From assembly GCA_018363345.1 (NCBI GenBank), contig JAGZNZ010000002.1:13529-77528 (forward strand): a stretch of DNA of 64,000 bases. The letters run 5' to 3'. The notes beneath the pieces were generated by a model. That model did not search any database and had not been told where the DNA came from. It saw only the letters and a program-made list of their open reading frames with translations. This document shows, piece by piece, positions 26,424-36,136 of the stretch (position 1 is its first letter; each line of letters opens with the position of its first letter). The translations under genes were made by a program, and so were the position numbers. Source of the DNA: Collinsella sp. (GTDB taxonomy: Bacteria > Actinomycetota > Coriobacteriia > Coriobacteriales > Coriobacteriaceae).

Positions 26424-28541
26424 TCAATCACTATTATCCTCGCGCGCCGCGACCTTTTCCACGCGAACGGCGTTTTCCTGGGTGAGCGCGGCGCCCGTCA
26501 ACGGGTCCCAACGCAAAGGTGTATGGTCGAGTGGGCCGACGCCCAAGGCTTGAACGCCGCCGGCATCAGCGCCAAACGAACGTCCGCCGGGGGCGGCCGA
26601 GGTGAAGATGCACGCCGGATGCAGATACGGCGTCGTCTCCACGCGCACGCGGTCGCGGCCCATATCACTCGCGAGTTCGACGATCTCGCCGTCGGCGATG
26701 CCCATGTGCGCAGCAGCATCGGCATTCATCTGCACGGCATCCAGGTCCGATCCAGCCTCGGCGGCACCTTGGGCCGCAAGCCTGCGCGAGGTGTGCGACT
26801 CAAAGGGACGGTTGCCGCTAATGAGGCGAAACATCCCCAGACCCGGCTCCACCATGGGGGCGATCCAGTTGGGTACACGACCCAGGCCGGCTCGTTCCCA
26901 TACGTCGCTTGCCAGCGCAATTTTGCCGCCATCCAAGGGAATCGCCGGCTCGCCCGTACGCGACGGCAACGCAACGCCCGTGTCGGCCCAGCCGCGCTCC
27001 TTGAGCTCGTCCAGATTGATCCCAAAAGGCGCCACCTGGGCAGCCGCCAGATCGTCAGACGTAAACTGGAAGTACTCGCCCACGCCACACGCCTGCGCCA
27101 GACCGGTAAAAATCTCCCGACCGGGACGCGTGTCGTCATGCTGCACGGGCAACACGGCATTGCGGTAGAACAGGCGCGCGTCGTTGCGGCCCACGACCGT
27201 ACCCACGCCGCGGTCGGCCTCCAGATACGTCACGTCGGGCAGCACGAAGTCAGAAGCACGCGCCGTCTCGGACCAGCGAATATCAATCGTCACGAGCAGG
27301 TCAAGTTGTTCCAGAATCGATAGCCACGCCCCGGCGTTACCATAGCCCGCACCGGGGTTACTGGCATAGACGATGAGCCCGCGCAAATCGCCGGCAAGAA
27401 TCGACTGACCGATGGTCGTACACAGGCCGCGCACCGAATCGACCAGTGGATAGCGCTCGGACCCCAACTTAGGCTCACGCGGCACCGACGGCATCGCGAA
27501 GCGCGCAGGGTCCAAGTCGCCCAGCGCAAGCGGCGTGGGCGGATTGAGCGCGCCGCCCGCATGTCCAATACAGCCCAGCAGCACATCGACCAAACAAATC
27601 GCGCGCGCAGTCTGGGTGCTGTTGGCATACGCAATGCCAATGCCGCCATGAAAGCCGGCGTCCACCACGGCAGCGGGCGCGGCGGCAGCTAGATCGCGCG
27701 CCGTGGCGGCGATCTCTGCGGCCGGCACGTCGCACATCGACTCGGCCCACTCGGGCGTCCAAGCACGGGCCGCCTGCACCAGCTCGTCAAAACCCGTGGT
27801 ATAGCGGGTCACGAACTCGTGATCATACAGGTCCTCGGCAATCAACACATGTGCGATACCCAGCAGCAAGGCCAGGTCGCAGCCCGGGCGCACGCGCAGC
27901 CAGCGGTCGGCAATAGCAGCTGAACCGCTGCGCCGGGGGTCGACCACGATAATCTTCGCCCCACGGCGACGGGCATCGTTGAGCGCATCAACGGCACTCA
28001 TCGTCGACGAATCCACCAGCGAACGCCCGAGGTACATGATGCAATCGGTATGCGCCAGGTCGGAGGCGGGGCTATAGCCCAGGCTGTGTTCCCAACCGGT
28101 AAGTCGGCTTACCTCGCAGGCACCGTCAGCTCCGTACACGTTGGGCGAACCAAGCGCATGCATAAAGCGATACGCCCAGTAACGGTCGAACGAGGGCACG
28201 CCGAGCGTCATGCCCAGCGCACGGGGCCCGCGTTCGTCAACAATCCCCAAAAGACGCTCGGCAATCTGGGCAAACGCCTCGTCCCAGGTAATCGCATCGA
28301 ACCCCGAGCCATCAGCTCGTCGGCGCATGGGGTGCACAATGCGATCGTGCTCGTCAAACGGCATGTCCAGGCGATGGCGCCCGCGGGCGCACAGGGCACG
28401 CGCCGCGCACGGATGCCCCGGCACCGGCAACTCGGCCACCACGCGACCGTCCTCAACGCGTGCCGCAAAGGCGCAATCGGCATAGCATCCCCCGCATGTG
28501 GTCACCACGGCGCGACCGTCACGCTTCACAGCAGATGCCAT
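26424..28541 (-). CDS. Cytoplasmic molybdopterin (bis-MGD, DMSO-reductase-family) oxidoreductase of unknown substrate.
   Basis: N-terminal CGGCYADC...CAARALC Fe-S motif and no twin-arginine signal; about 705 aa with MopB-like organisation. Start at MASAVKRDG. Confidence 0.8.
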   Translation of the reverse strand: MASAVKRDGRAVVTTCGGCYADCAFAARVEDGRVVAELPVPGHPCAARALCARGRHRLDMPFDEHDRIVHPMRRRADGSGFDAITWDEAFAQIAERLLGIVDERGPRALGMTLGVPSFDRYWAYRFMHALGSPNVYGADGACEVSRLTGWEHSLGYSPASDLAHTDCIMYLGRSLVDSSTMSAVDALNDARRRGAKIIVVDPRRSGSAAIADRWLRVRPGCDLALLLGIAHVLIAEDLYDHEFVTRYTTGFDELVQAARAWTPEWAESMCDVPAAEIAATARDLAAAAPAAVVDAGFHGGIGIAYANSTQTARAICLVDVLLGCIGHAGGALNPPTPLALGDLDPARFAMPSVPREPKLGSERYPLVDSVRGLCTTIGQSILAGDLRGLIVYASNPGAGYGNAGAWLSILEQLDLLVTIDIRWSETARASDFVLPDVTYLEADRGVGTVVGRNDARLFYRNAVLPVQHDDTRPGREIFTGLAQACGVGEYFQFTSDDLAAAQVAPFGINLDELKERGWADTGVALPSRTGEPAIPLDGGKIALASDVWERAGLGRVPNWIAPMVEPGLGMFRLISGNRPFESHTSRRLAAQGAAEAGSDLDAVQMNADAAAHMGIADGEIVELASDMGRDRVRVETTPYLHPACIFTSAAPGGRSFGADAGGVQALGVGPLDHTPLRWDPLTGAALTQENAVRVEKVAAREDNSD

Positions 28542-28604
28542 CTCGATTACCCCTTTCATCAGCCAAACACAACAGGCCAAAAGCCCGGCAACGGGCCCCA
28601 GGCC

Positions 28605-28641
28605 CAAAAAGCCTCCCGCACGGCAACGCCCCGCGGGAGGC
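28605..28641 (-). terminator. Intrinsic terminator downstream of focA (stem GCCTCCCGC/GCGGGAGGC followed by a U5 run on the minus strand).
   Basis: Read directly. Confidence 0.55.
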
Positions 28642-28663
28642 CTAACGTCAAACAGACGATACC

Positions 28664-29503
28664 TTACGCCTCGGACTTCTTGGCGTAGATAAACCAGTAG
28701 CCGAGCGCGACCAGAACCGCACCGCCCACGATGTTGCCCAGCGTGGCGGCGGTCAGGTTAAACGCAATGCCCGCGGCGTTGAGTGCATCGGCGCCGACGA
28801 CGTCGGCACCGTAGCCGCACGCGTGCATCACGGCCCCCATGGGCAAAAAGTACATGTTGGCGACGCAGTGCTCAAAACCGCAGGCCACAAAGGCGGCGAT
28901 GGGCAGCAGAATGCCCACAACCTTATCGACCACGGTCTTGCCGGCGGTACCGATCCACACGGCCAGGCACACAAAGATGTTGCACAGGATACCGCGGAAG
29001 AAGATCGTCACCCAGTCGATCGTCACCTTGCCGGCGGCGACGCTCACCATGGAATTGGCAACCGCCTCGCCGTTAAGCTTATAGATGCCGGCCATGTACA
29101 CCAAAAAGACGATGAACAGGGCACCGACAAAATTGCCGACCCACACGACGACCCAGGCCTTGAGCATCTGAGCCAGGGTGATCTTTTTGCTCTTGAGCGC
29201 ACAGACCATAAGCGAATTGCCGGTAAACAGCTCGGCGCCGCACACCAGTACCAGCACCAGGCCCAGGCAAAAGCACAGGCCGCCCACGACGCGCTGAGCA
29301 CCCCAGCCCAGCGTGTTGTCGCTCAAAAACACCGTAAAGAACAGACCGCCGAAGGCAATGAACGCACCGGCGAACATTGCCAACAGAAAGGCCTTAGCGA
29401 CCGGCAGGTTAGCCTTGGTCACGCCGGCGGCCTCGGTCTTGGCCTCGATCGCGGCGGGCGCCAGGCAATCGGGAGCGGGATACTCCACCTTGGAATCTGC
29501 CAT
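28664..29503 (-). CDS. focA: Formate/nitrite transporter family channel (FocA/FocB-like).
   Basis: Six TM segments. FNT-family features such as CGFEHCVANM and the conserved His region. Adjacent to the FHL operon, as for E. coli focB next to hyf. Confidence 0.85.
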   Translation of the reverse strand: MADSKVEYPAPDCLAPAAIEAKTEAAGVTKANLPVAKAFLLAMFAGAFIAFGGLFFTVFLSDNTLGWGAQRVVGGLCFCLGLVLVLVCGAELFTGNSLMVCALKSKKITLAQMLKAWVVVWVGNFVGALFIVFLVYMAGIYKLNGEAVANSMVSVAAGKVTIDWVTIFFRGILCNIFVCLAVWIGTAGKTVVDKVVGILLPIAAFVACGFEHCVANMYFLPMGAVMHACGYGADVVGADALNAAGIAFNLTAATLGNIVGGAVLVALGYWFIYAKKSEA

Positions 29504-29542
29504 GTCAATCACTTCTTTCCTAACAAAATGGAACAAGTGCTC

Positions 29543-30046
29543 CTACTGCTCTTGCCCCAAGCGGACAAAGTGGGAAAAGTCGTTGGCGGCCACGGCGTCG
29601 TACACGGCGTCGACGGCGTCAAAGACTTCCGGGGACATGGGGTTGTAGAACTCCGTGTCGCCCGGCTGAATCCCGACGAAGACGATATCATCGCACGATT
29701 GCTCAATCTCTTCGATCAGAATCGACAAAGGAAGCGAATGCGTGGTGAACATCGACTTGCGGGCCACATCGCACTTGTCGAGCAAACGGATGGACCCAAC
29801 GGGCAGCGCCATGTCGGCGGCATCGACCAAGACCAGACGCGGCGGACGCTCGCGCTTGACCTCGATGATGTCATCCTCGGGCGTTTGGCCGCCGTCGATG
29901 GTGTACCAACCGGCGATGGGCGCGTCCTCCATCTTTTTGGAGAGCACGGGGCCGGCGGCATCGTCGGCACGCAGCACGCTTCCCGCCGTGAGCACGATGC
30001 CCGCAAACGGGGCGCCGTTCACACGTCCATCCACAACGCAACCCAT
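29543..30046 (-). CDS. hycI: Hydrogenase-3-type maturation endopeptidase HycI.
   Basis: Start MGCVVDGR with a GGGAGG RBS. Similar to HycI/HybD proteases with the conserved Asp residues (VLRADDAAGP). Confidence 0.8.
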   Translation of the reverse strand: MGCVVDGRVNGAPFAGIVLTAGSVLRADDAAGPVLSKKMEDAPIAGWYTIDGGQTPEDDIIEVKRERPPRLVLVDAADMALPVGSIRLLDKCDVARKSMFTTHSLPLSILIEEIEQSCDDIVFVGIQPGDTEFYNPMSPEVFDAVDAVYDAVAANDFSHFVRLGQEQ

Positions 30047-30627
30047 TACTGCAACCTCCCCGTCAGATACACGCCCGACACATCGCGCACGCGCTCCACC
30101 AGATCGCGAAACTTCATTAAAAACGCGACCTGCTGGGCATGCAGGCCAAAGTCGTCGTCGAACACCGAGATGCCGGCCTTGGCCGACCCGCGAAAACCGC
30201 GCTCGTCGAGCAACGCATCGCAGGCCTCGAGCAGCGACGGCACCGCCGCCTTGTCGAGCTGGCACTCGCCAAAGGAGCGGATGGCCTCGAACTTGGTCTT
30301 GGCCTCCCCCTCCGGCAGCGCGTCGATAAGCGCATAGAACACATCCACCGGCACCGACAGGCGCGGCTCAAAGCAGTCGAGCACGCCGGTGTGGTGGCCC
30401 ACGGCGAGCGTGTAGTAAAGCACGTCGCAGGCCTCCTGGGGAACGTCTTCCTCGGTCTCCACAAACTTACGCGTGAGCTCGTAAAAGACCACCTGGTCGG
30501 GCGCATGGCCCAGGGAGGGGTCGACGACGCCCTCGGCGGCCTCGTCGCTTGCGCGCGAGGCATCGCCAAAGGAGCCGCCGAGCATACCGGGGCCCGCAAA
30601 GTAACCAGAGCGGTCCGTGAGTTCCAT
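30046..30627 (-). CDS. hycH: Formate hydrogenlyase maturation protein HycH/HyfJ (longer than the E. coli proteins).
   Basis: Position between hyfI/hycG and hycI and weak HycH-like similarity. 193 aa versus about 137 in E. coli. Confidence 0.65.
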   Translation of the reverse strand: MELTDRSGYFAGPGMLGGSFGDASRASDEAAEGVVDPSLGHAPDQVVFYELTRKFVETEEDVPQEACDVLYYTLAVGHHTGVLDCFEPRLSVPVDVFYALIDALPEGEAKTKFEAIRSFGECQLDKAAVPSLLEACDALLDERGFRGSAKAGISVFDDDFGLHAQQVAFLMKFRDLVERVRDVSGVYLTGRLQ

Positions 30628-31410
30628 CTAGCGACCTCCGGCCAGCACCAGATCCTGCAGCGCCGAGTACACCTCGACGCGGCGCGGATCGTCCTGCTTG
30701 TCGATGAGCAGCGCCATGGCACCGCGGATATCGCCCTTGGGCGCGCCCTCGAGCGTATCCATAAACTCGTTAGCCAGGTCGCGGCCATAACGGTAGCCGC
30801 TCATGGCGCGAGCCTCGCGCTCGATGGCAACGCGCAGCTTGTACGGCACGCCGGGGTGCAGGATATCGGCCTGCTCGCCGGCGGCCTCCACCGTGGTCTC
30901 GGCATGGAGCTTTTGGTCCAGCAGACCAAGCGCCATGGCAAAGCCGTAGATGGTCTGCGCGGGGCTGGGCGGGCAGCCGGGGATGTAGACATCGACCGGC
31001 AGAATCTTGTCCGTGCCGCCCCAGACGCAGTAGTTGTCGTAGAAGATGCCGCCGGTGCAGCCGCACGCACCATAGGACACCACAATCTTGGGATCGGGTG
31101 CGGCCTCAAAGGCGCGCAGGGCCGGCATGCGCATGGCACGTGTCACGGCACCGGTGTACAGCAGCACGTCGGCGTGGCGGGGCGAGGGCACGACCTTGAT
31201 GCCAAAGCGCTCGACGTCAAAGACGGGCGTGATGGAACCGAAGATCTCGATCTCGCAGCCGTTGCAGCCGCCGCAGTCGACACGGTAGACGTACACCGAG
31301 CGCTTGATCTTCTTAAGAAGGGTCGCCTTGGCCTTCTCGATGCTCTCGTCGAGCTCGATCTTGGTCGGGCGGTACTGAAGCCGCTCGGGCAAAAGCGTGG
31401 GTTCGGCCAT
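30628..31410 (-). CDS. hyfI: [NiFe] hydrogenase small subunit of FHL (HycG/HyfI, NuoB-like).
   Basis: CxxC motifs (DCGGCNGCE...GACGCTGG...GCPP) for the proximal [4Fe-4S] cluster. Confidence 0.9.
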   Translation of the reverse strand: MAEPTLLPERLQYRPTKIELDESIEKAKATLLKKIKRSVYVYRVDCGGCNGCEIEIFGSITPVFDVERFGIKVVPSPRHADVLLYTGAVTRAMRMPALRAFEAAPDPKIVVSYGACGCTGGIFYDNYCVWGGTDKILPVDVYIPGCPPSPAQTIYGFAMALGLLDQKLHAETTVEAAGEQADILHPGVPYKLRVAIEREARAMSGYRYGRDLANEFMDTLEGAPKGDIRGAMALLIDKQDDPRRVEVYSALQDLVLAGGR

Positions 31411-31412
31411 GG

Positions 31413-32129
31413 TTACTCCTCCTTCGTATCAAAATCCATGATGATGCCCTCGACCGGTGCAGGACCGGCGGGAATCTCGGGCGCATCGGGGTTGAGCTCG
31501 CGGTCGACATACTCCGGGTTCACGCCGTGGCCGCCCAGATACTCCATGCCGGGGCCCTGGGGCTCACCGGACGCAAGCGTCTCGTTGGCAGCCATGCCGC
31601 GCGCGTTGCCGGTCTTGACGGCCGAGGCGGCGCGCAGGGCGTCGAGCTCGCGCTTGCACTCCTGGCACATGCCGACGGTACGGGCGGCCTGCTCGGCCTC
31701 CATGCCGCCGGCCTTTTGCAGCAGGCGCTTGGCGTAGTCGATCTCCTTGTGCGGGGCAAACGGCTTGCCGCAACGCGAGCAGTGCTCGAGCGTATAGACG
31801 CTCTTACTGGTGAGATCGTCCTTGCTCATAACAGCCAGCTCAAACTCCTCGGTGAGCTTGATGGCCTCCATGGGGCAGGCCTCCTCGCAGCGGCCGCAAA
31901 AGATGCAGCGACCGTAGTCGATCGACCAGGTGATGGTATCGGCCGCAAGGTCGGTGTCCATGCGAATGGCATCGGCCGGGCACGCCACGCCGCAGGCACC
32001 GCAGGCGATGCAGAGCTCCGCGTTGTGCTCGGGCTTGCCGCGCATATCCTTGTTGGTGGGAAACGGCGCAAACGGGTACTTGACCGTCGCGTCGCCGGCC
32101 TTGGCGTTAACCTTCCAAAGCTTCAGCAT
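31413..32129 (-). CDS. hyfH: FHL 2x[4Fe-4S] ferredoxin subunit (HycF/HyfH, NuoI-like) with a ~60-aa acidic/Pro-rich C-terminal extension.
   Basis: Two CxxCxxCxxxCP motifs (CIACGACGVACP, CIFCGRCEEACP). 238 aa versus about 180 for E. coli HycF/HyfH. Confidence 0.85.
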   Translation of the reverse strand: MLKLWKVNAKAGDATVKYPFAPFPTNKDMRGKPEHNAELCIACGACGVACPADAIRMDTDLAADTITWSIDYGRCIFCGRCEEACPMEAIKLTEEFELAVMSKDDLTSKSVYTLEHCSRCGKPFAPHKEIDYAKRLLQKAGGMEAEQAARTVGMCQECKRELDALRAASAVKTGNARGMAANETLASGEPQGPGMEYLGGHGVNPEYVDRELNPDAPEIPAGPAPVEGIIMDFDTKEE

Positions 32130-32130
32130 A

Positions 32131-33903
32131 TTAGAGCGCCTCCTCATCGAGCGGAGCGGCCATGGTGCCCTCGCCCGCAAGCGGCGACTTGTCGCGCCAG
32201 ACGTTCTCGAACTGCTCCTTGTCGAGCACGTGGTCGCGCTTGGCGGCGACATCGGTCACCGTCACGCGGTCGGTGCAGGAGTAGCACGGGTCGAGCGAGC
32301 CGACGATCAGCGCCGCGTCGCCCACGGTGTTGCCGCGGAACATGTAGCGCAGGACCGGCCAGTTGCTGTACGTGGCGGCCTTGGCGCGCCAGCGGTAGCA
32401 CTTCTGGTTGTTGCCGAGCATGGCCCAATGCACGTCCTCGCCGCGCGGCGCCTCGGTGGCGCCGATGGCGTACTTGTGCGGGGTGTACTCCCAATCCGTG
32501 GTGAGGATGGGGCCCGACGGGCAGTTCTCGAGCATGGTCTCGATCATGTCGATCGAATCGTAGACCTCCTGGATGCGAACGGCGGTACGGCCGAAGGCAT
32601 CGCAGGTGTCTGCCGTGGCGGCGTGCATCTTTTGGATGTCCGGATCGGCGTAGCCGTCGAAGGGATGGTCAAAGCGCACGTCGCGGGCATAGCCCGAGCC
32701 ACGCATGAGCGGGCCGACCGGCGAGAAGTCGCGTGCGATCTTGCGGTCCAAGATGCCGATACCGCTCGTACGCTCAATAAAGTTGGGCGTGGAGAGCAGC
32801 ACGTCGACGAGCTCTTGAACCTCGGAGCGCAGCTGGTGGATGGTCGTGAGCGTGGAGAGCTTCTGCTCGGCCAAAATGTCGCGACGCACGCCGCCGATCA
32901 CGTTGAGACCGTAGGTCTTGCGGTGACCGGAGAGCTTCTCGGCCAGGTCCATGGACTTCTCGCGGACGCGGAAGAACTGCTGGAAGCCGGAGTCGAAGCC
33001 CGTGTAGTGCGACGCCAGGCCAATGTTGAGCAGATGCGAGTGCAGGCGCTCGACCTCAAGCATGATAGCGCGGATGTATTGGGCGCGCGGCGGGACATGA
33101 ATGCCCTGGGCGCGCTCGACGGCTTCGGCATAGGCAACCGAGTGGGCGCAGCCGCAGATGCCGCAGATGCGGTCGGCGAGGAACGTCACGGCGTCATAGT
33201 TCAGGCGCGTCTCGGCGACCTTCTCCATACCGCGGTGCACGTAGAACAGACGGTAGTCGGCGTCGACGATCGTCTCGCCCTCAACGAACAGGCGGAAGTG
33301 GCCGGGCTCGTCGGAGGTAATGTGCAACGGGCCCATGGGGACGAGTGTGGTCTCCTTGCCCTTGGTGTCGGCCAAGAACTCGTAGTTTTCCATATCGCTC
33401 GCGGGAGCGGGACGGAAGCGGTAGTCCATGGAGTCCTTGCGCAGCGGATACAGACCGCTGGGCCAGTCATCGGGAAGCACCAGGCGGCGACGGTCGGGCA
33501 GACCTTCGGGAATCAGGCCGAACATGTCGCGCAGCTCGCGCTCGCCCCACACGCAGGCGGGGACGAACGGCGTCACGGACGGGAACGTCATCTTGGCGGG
33601 ATCGACCTCGGTGCGCACGGTCACCCAGCCGGGGTCCTCCCCCTCCATGGAGATGACGTAGTACACGGCGTAACGGCCGCACAGGCTGCGCTCGTCGTTG
33701 CCGATGATCACGGGAATCCAGCCGTAGCGCTCGTAATACAGATAGTGGACGGCCTCGGGCAGCTTGTCCTGCTCGACGGTAATCGTCAGCTGGTCCTCGC
33801 ACTGCCACTCGACCTTCTCGATGCAGCCCGGAACGGCGCGACGCAGGGCCTCGACATGGCTCTCGCAGCGACGGGCATACACCTTGTTCTCAGTTTCAAT
33901 CAT
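32131..33903 (-). CDS. hyfG: [NiFe] hydrogenase large subunit of FHL (HycE/HyfG, fused NuoC-NuoD-like).
   Basis: N-terminal RICGICGCAH and C-terminal DPCYSCTDR Ni-Fe ligand motifs; 590 aa. Confidence 0.9.
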   Translation of the reverse strand: MIETENKVYARRCESHVEALRRAVPGCIEKVEWQCEDQLTITVEQDKLPEAVHYLYYERYGWIPVIIGNDERSLCGRYAVYYVISMEGEDPGWVTVRTEVDPAKMTFPSVTPFVPACVWGERELRDMFGLIPEGLPDRRRLVLPDDWPSGLYPLRKDSMDYRFRPAPASDMENYEFLADTKGKETTLVPMGPLHITSDEPGHFRLFVEGETIVDADYRLFYVHRGMEKVAETRLNYDAVTFLADRICGICGCAHSVAYAEAVERAQGIHVPPRAQYIRAIMLEVERLHSHLLNIGLASHYTGFDSGFQQFFRVREKSMDLAEKLSGHRKTYGLNVIGGVRRDILAEQKLSTLTTIHQLRSEVQELVDVLLSTPNFIERTSGIGILDRKIARDFSPVGPLMRGSGYARDVRFDHPFDGYADPDIQKMHAATADTCDAFGRTAVRIQEVYDSIDMIETMLENCPSGPILTTDWEYTPHKYAIGATEAPRGEDVHWAMLGNNQKCYRWRAKAATYSNWPVLRYMFRGNTVGDAALIVGSLDPCYSCTDRVTVTDVAAKRDHVLDKEQFENVWRDKSPLAGEGTMAAPLDEEAL

Positions 33904-33906
33904 TCG

Positions 33907-35466
33907 TTACTCCACCTCGCTCTGAGCGGTCTCGGTACCGAACACAGCGCGGTACATCGGCGTCGCGTGAAGTTCCTCGGTGCTCTGCTCGAGCACGATG
34001 TCGGTCGCGGTCTCCACACCGTGCACGAGAGGCAGCGGGGCGGCGATGCCAAACCACAAGATCATGACAGCCAGGATGATTTCGGGGATAAGCATGAGCG
34101 CCGGGGCCTCATGCTTGCCCATGCCCTGGGGCGCATGGCCGAATACCGACCTGAGTGCGATGCGGGTGAGCGCGGAGATGGCCACGGTAAGACCGAGGGC
34201 GACCACGACGACCAGCCACATGGGACCGGCGGTAACACCGGCAACAAAAGTCAGGAACTCGGAGATAAACATGCCAAAGGGCGGGAAGGCGGCAAGGCCG
34301 AGCAGCGCCAGGATGGCGAGCGCGGCGGTTGCGGGAGCAACCTCGACGACGCCCTGGATCTTGGCCAGGCTACGCGTGCCAAAGGCGTGCTGGATGTTGC
34401 CGGACACGCAGAAGGCAAGCGTCTTGGTAAAGCCGTGGAACACGCAGTGCAGCAGGGCCGCGGCGATACCCAGCGGGCCACCGATACCCAGGCACAGGGC
34501 GATAACGCCCACGTTCTCCACAGACGAGTACGCAAAGCGGCGCTTGAGGTCGTCCTGGCGAAACATCGAAAGTGCCGCCACCAAAATGGACAGCGTGCCG
34601 ACGATCAGCAGCAAAAGTTGCGGATACTCGGCGCCCACGGCTTGGATAGCAAAGCCGTAGAAGCGCATGATCACAAGCATGGCGCACTTAAGCAGCACGC
34701 CCGAGAGCAGGGCCGAGACAGGGCTCGGGGCCTGGGAGTGGGCATCGGGCAGCCAAGTGTGCATGGGGAACAGGCCGGCCTTGGTGCCAAAGCCGATCAC
34801 GATAAACGCAAAGGCGAGGCGCATGAGCGTCGGGTCGAACTGGTCGGCATACGGCAGCACGCACGACAGGAATGCGGCCTCGTGGGCGTTGGGAATCACG
34901 TCGGCGGCGTTGGCGTAGATCAGCAGCGTACCGAACAGGCCGAAGGCCACGCCGGCGGTACAGACCATCGCATACTTCCAAGAAGCCTCGAGGGCCGTCT
35001 TGTTCTTGTAGATACCCACGAGGAACACGGTGGAAAGCGTGGTTGCCTCCACGGCGGCCCACGTAAGGATCATGTTGTTGGACAGGCACGCGAGCAGCAT
35101 GGTGAACACGAACAGGCTAAACAGCGCAAAATACTGCTTGGCGCGCTCGGCGGGCATGGAGCCCTCCTCGATATCGGCCTTTACATAGGGCAGCGAGAAC
35201 AGCCCCGTAAGAAAACCGATAAAGCCGATGAGCAGCACAAAGATCGCGCCCAGCGAATCGAGGTGGAACCACAGGCCAAGAGCGCTCGCGGTGTCGCCGC
35301 TCATAAGGACGTCACCGGCCGTCACAATCGACAGCACCAGGACGGCTGCGACGGAGACCAGGTTGAGACCGGCAAACACGTTATAGGACGTGTTCTTGGG
35401 CAAAAACGCCATGACCAGCGAGAACACCAAAGGAGTCGCGAGCAGGGCGAGAATCAACGTTTCCAT
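33907..35466 (-). CDS. hyfF: Antiporter-like membrane subunit HyfF (NuoN/MrpD-like).
   Basis: About 14 TM segments with the conserved WLPDAH motif; 519 aa. Confidence 0.8.
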   Translation of the reverse strand: METLILALLATPLVFSLVMAFLPKNTSYNVFAGLNLVSVAAVLVLSIVTAGDVLMSGDTASALGLWFHLDSLGAIFVLLIGFIGFLTGLFSLPYVKADIEEGSMPAERAKQYFALFSLFVFTMLLACLSNNMILTWAAVEATTLSTVFLVGIYKNKTALEASWKYAMVCTAGVAFGLFGTLLIYANAADVIPNAHEAAFLSCVLPYADQFDPTLMRLAFAFIVIGFGTKAGLFPMHTWLPDAHSQAPSPVSALLSGVLLKCAMLVIMRFYGFAIQAVGAEYPQLLLLIVGTLSILVAALSMFRQDDLKRRFAYSSVENVGVIALCLGIGGPLGIAAALLHCVFHGFTKTLAFCVSGNIQHAFGTRSLAKIQGVVEVAPATAALAILALLGLAAFPPFGMFISEFLTFVAGVTAGPMWLVVVVALGLTVAISALTRIALRSVFGHAPQGMGKHEAPALMLIPEIILAVMILWFGIAAPLPLVHGVETATDIVLEQSTEELHATPMYRAVFGTETAQSEVE

Positions 35467-35469
35467 GGA

Positions 35470-36123
35470 CTACCCCCTCAGCTCGGACAGGTCGCGCGCA
35501 TCGAGCGAGTGGGAGTCGTCCCAAATGCGACGCACGACGATGGACATGATGATGACGGCAAAGATGGCGTCGGTGGCGATGCCGATCTCGATGATCTCGG
35601 GAGCGGTGGGGGCCAAAAGCGCGAGCGTCACATGGCTGCCGTTTTCCATAAGGCAGTATCCAAAGATCTGCTTCATGATGTTGCGCTGCGAAATGATGCA
35701 GGTGAGGCCCACAAAGAAGTGAGCGAAGCTAATAGCGAGCGCAGGCGTTGCGACCTCGGCCGTGGGCAGGCTGATCTGCGTCACGACGGCAAAGCAGATC
35801 GCGACCTCCACAGCGATGATGCAAATGGCCCACGCGGGCTTAAGGCCGGCCTTGAGCGATGCGTCGCTCGGCTCACCCATCTTCTTGTATGCGCGGTTGA
35901 GGATATAAGGGACCAGGACGACCTTGGTGATAAAAGCGGATCCTGCCCACATGAGCAGCTCCTGCGCACCGGTGGTGACACCGAGCGTGGCGAGTAGTCC
36001 CACGAGCACCAGCGACTGAACCGCATACCAACTGATGGCATGTTTGATGTTCTTGGAGACAACCACCATGGTGGACGTGACGATCAGAAGGCCGCCAAGG
36101 ATGTTGACGATCGAATAACCCAT
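35470..36123 (-). CDS. hyfE: Small membrane subunit HyfE (NuoK-like).
   Basis: 217-aa polytopic membrane protein at the hyfE position. Confidence 0.75.
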   Translation of the reverse strand: MGYSIVNILGGLLIVTSTMVVVSKNIKHAISWYAVQSLVLVGLLATLGVTTGAQELLMWAGSAFITKVVLVPYILNRAYKKMGEPSDASLKAGLKPAWAICIIAVEVAICFAVVTQISLPTAEVATPALAISFAHFFVGLTCIISQRNIMKQIFGYCLMENGSHVTLALLAPTAPEIIEIGIATDAIFAVIIMSIVVRRIWDDSHSLDARDLSELRG

Positions 36124-36136
36124 GTCGTTCTACCTC

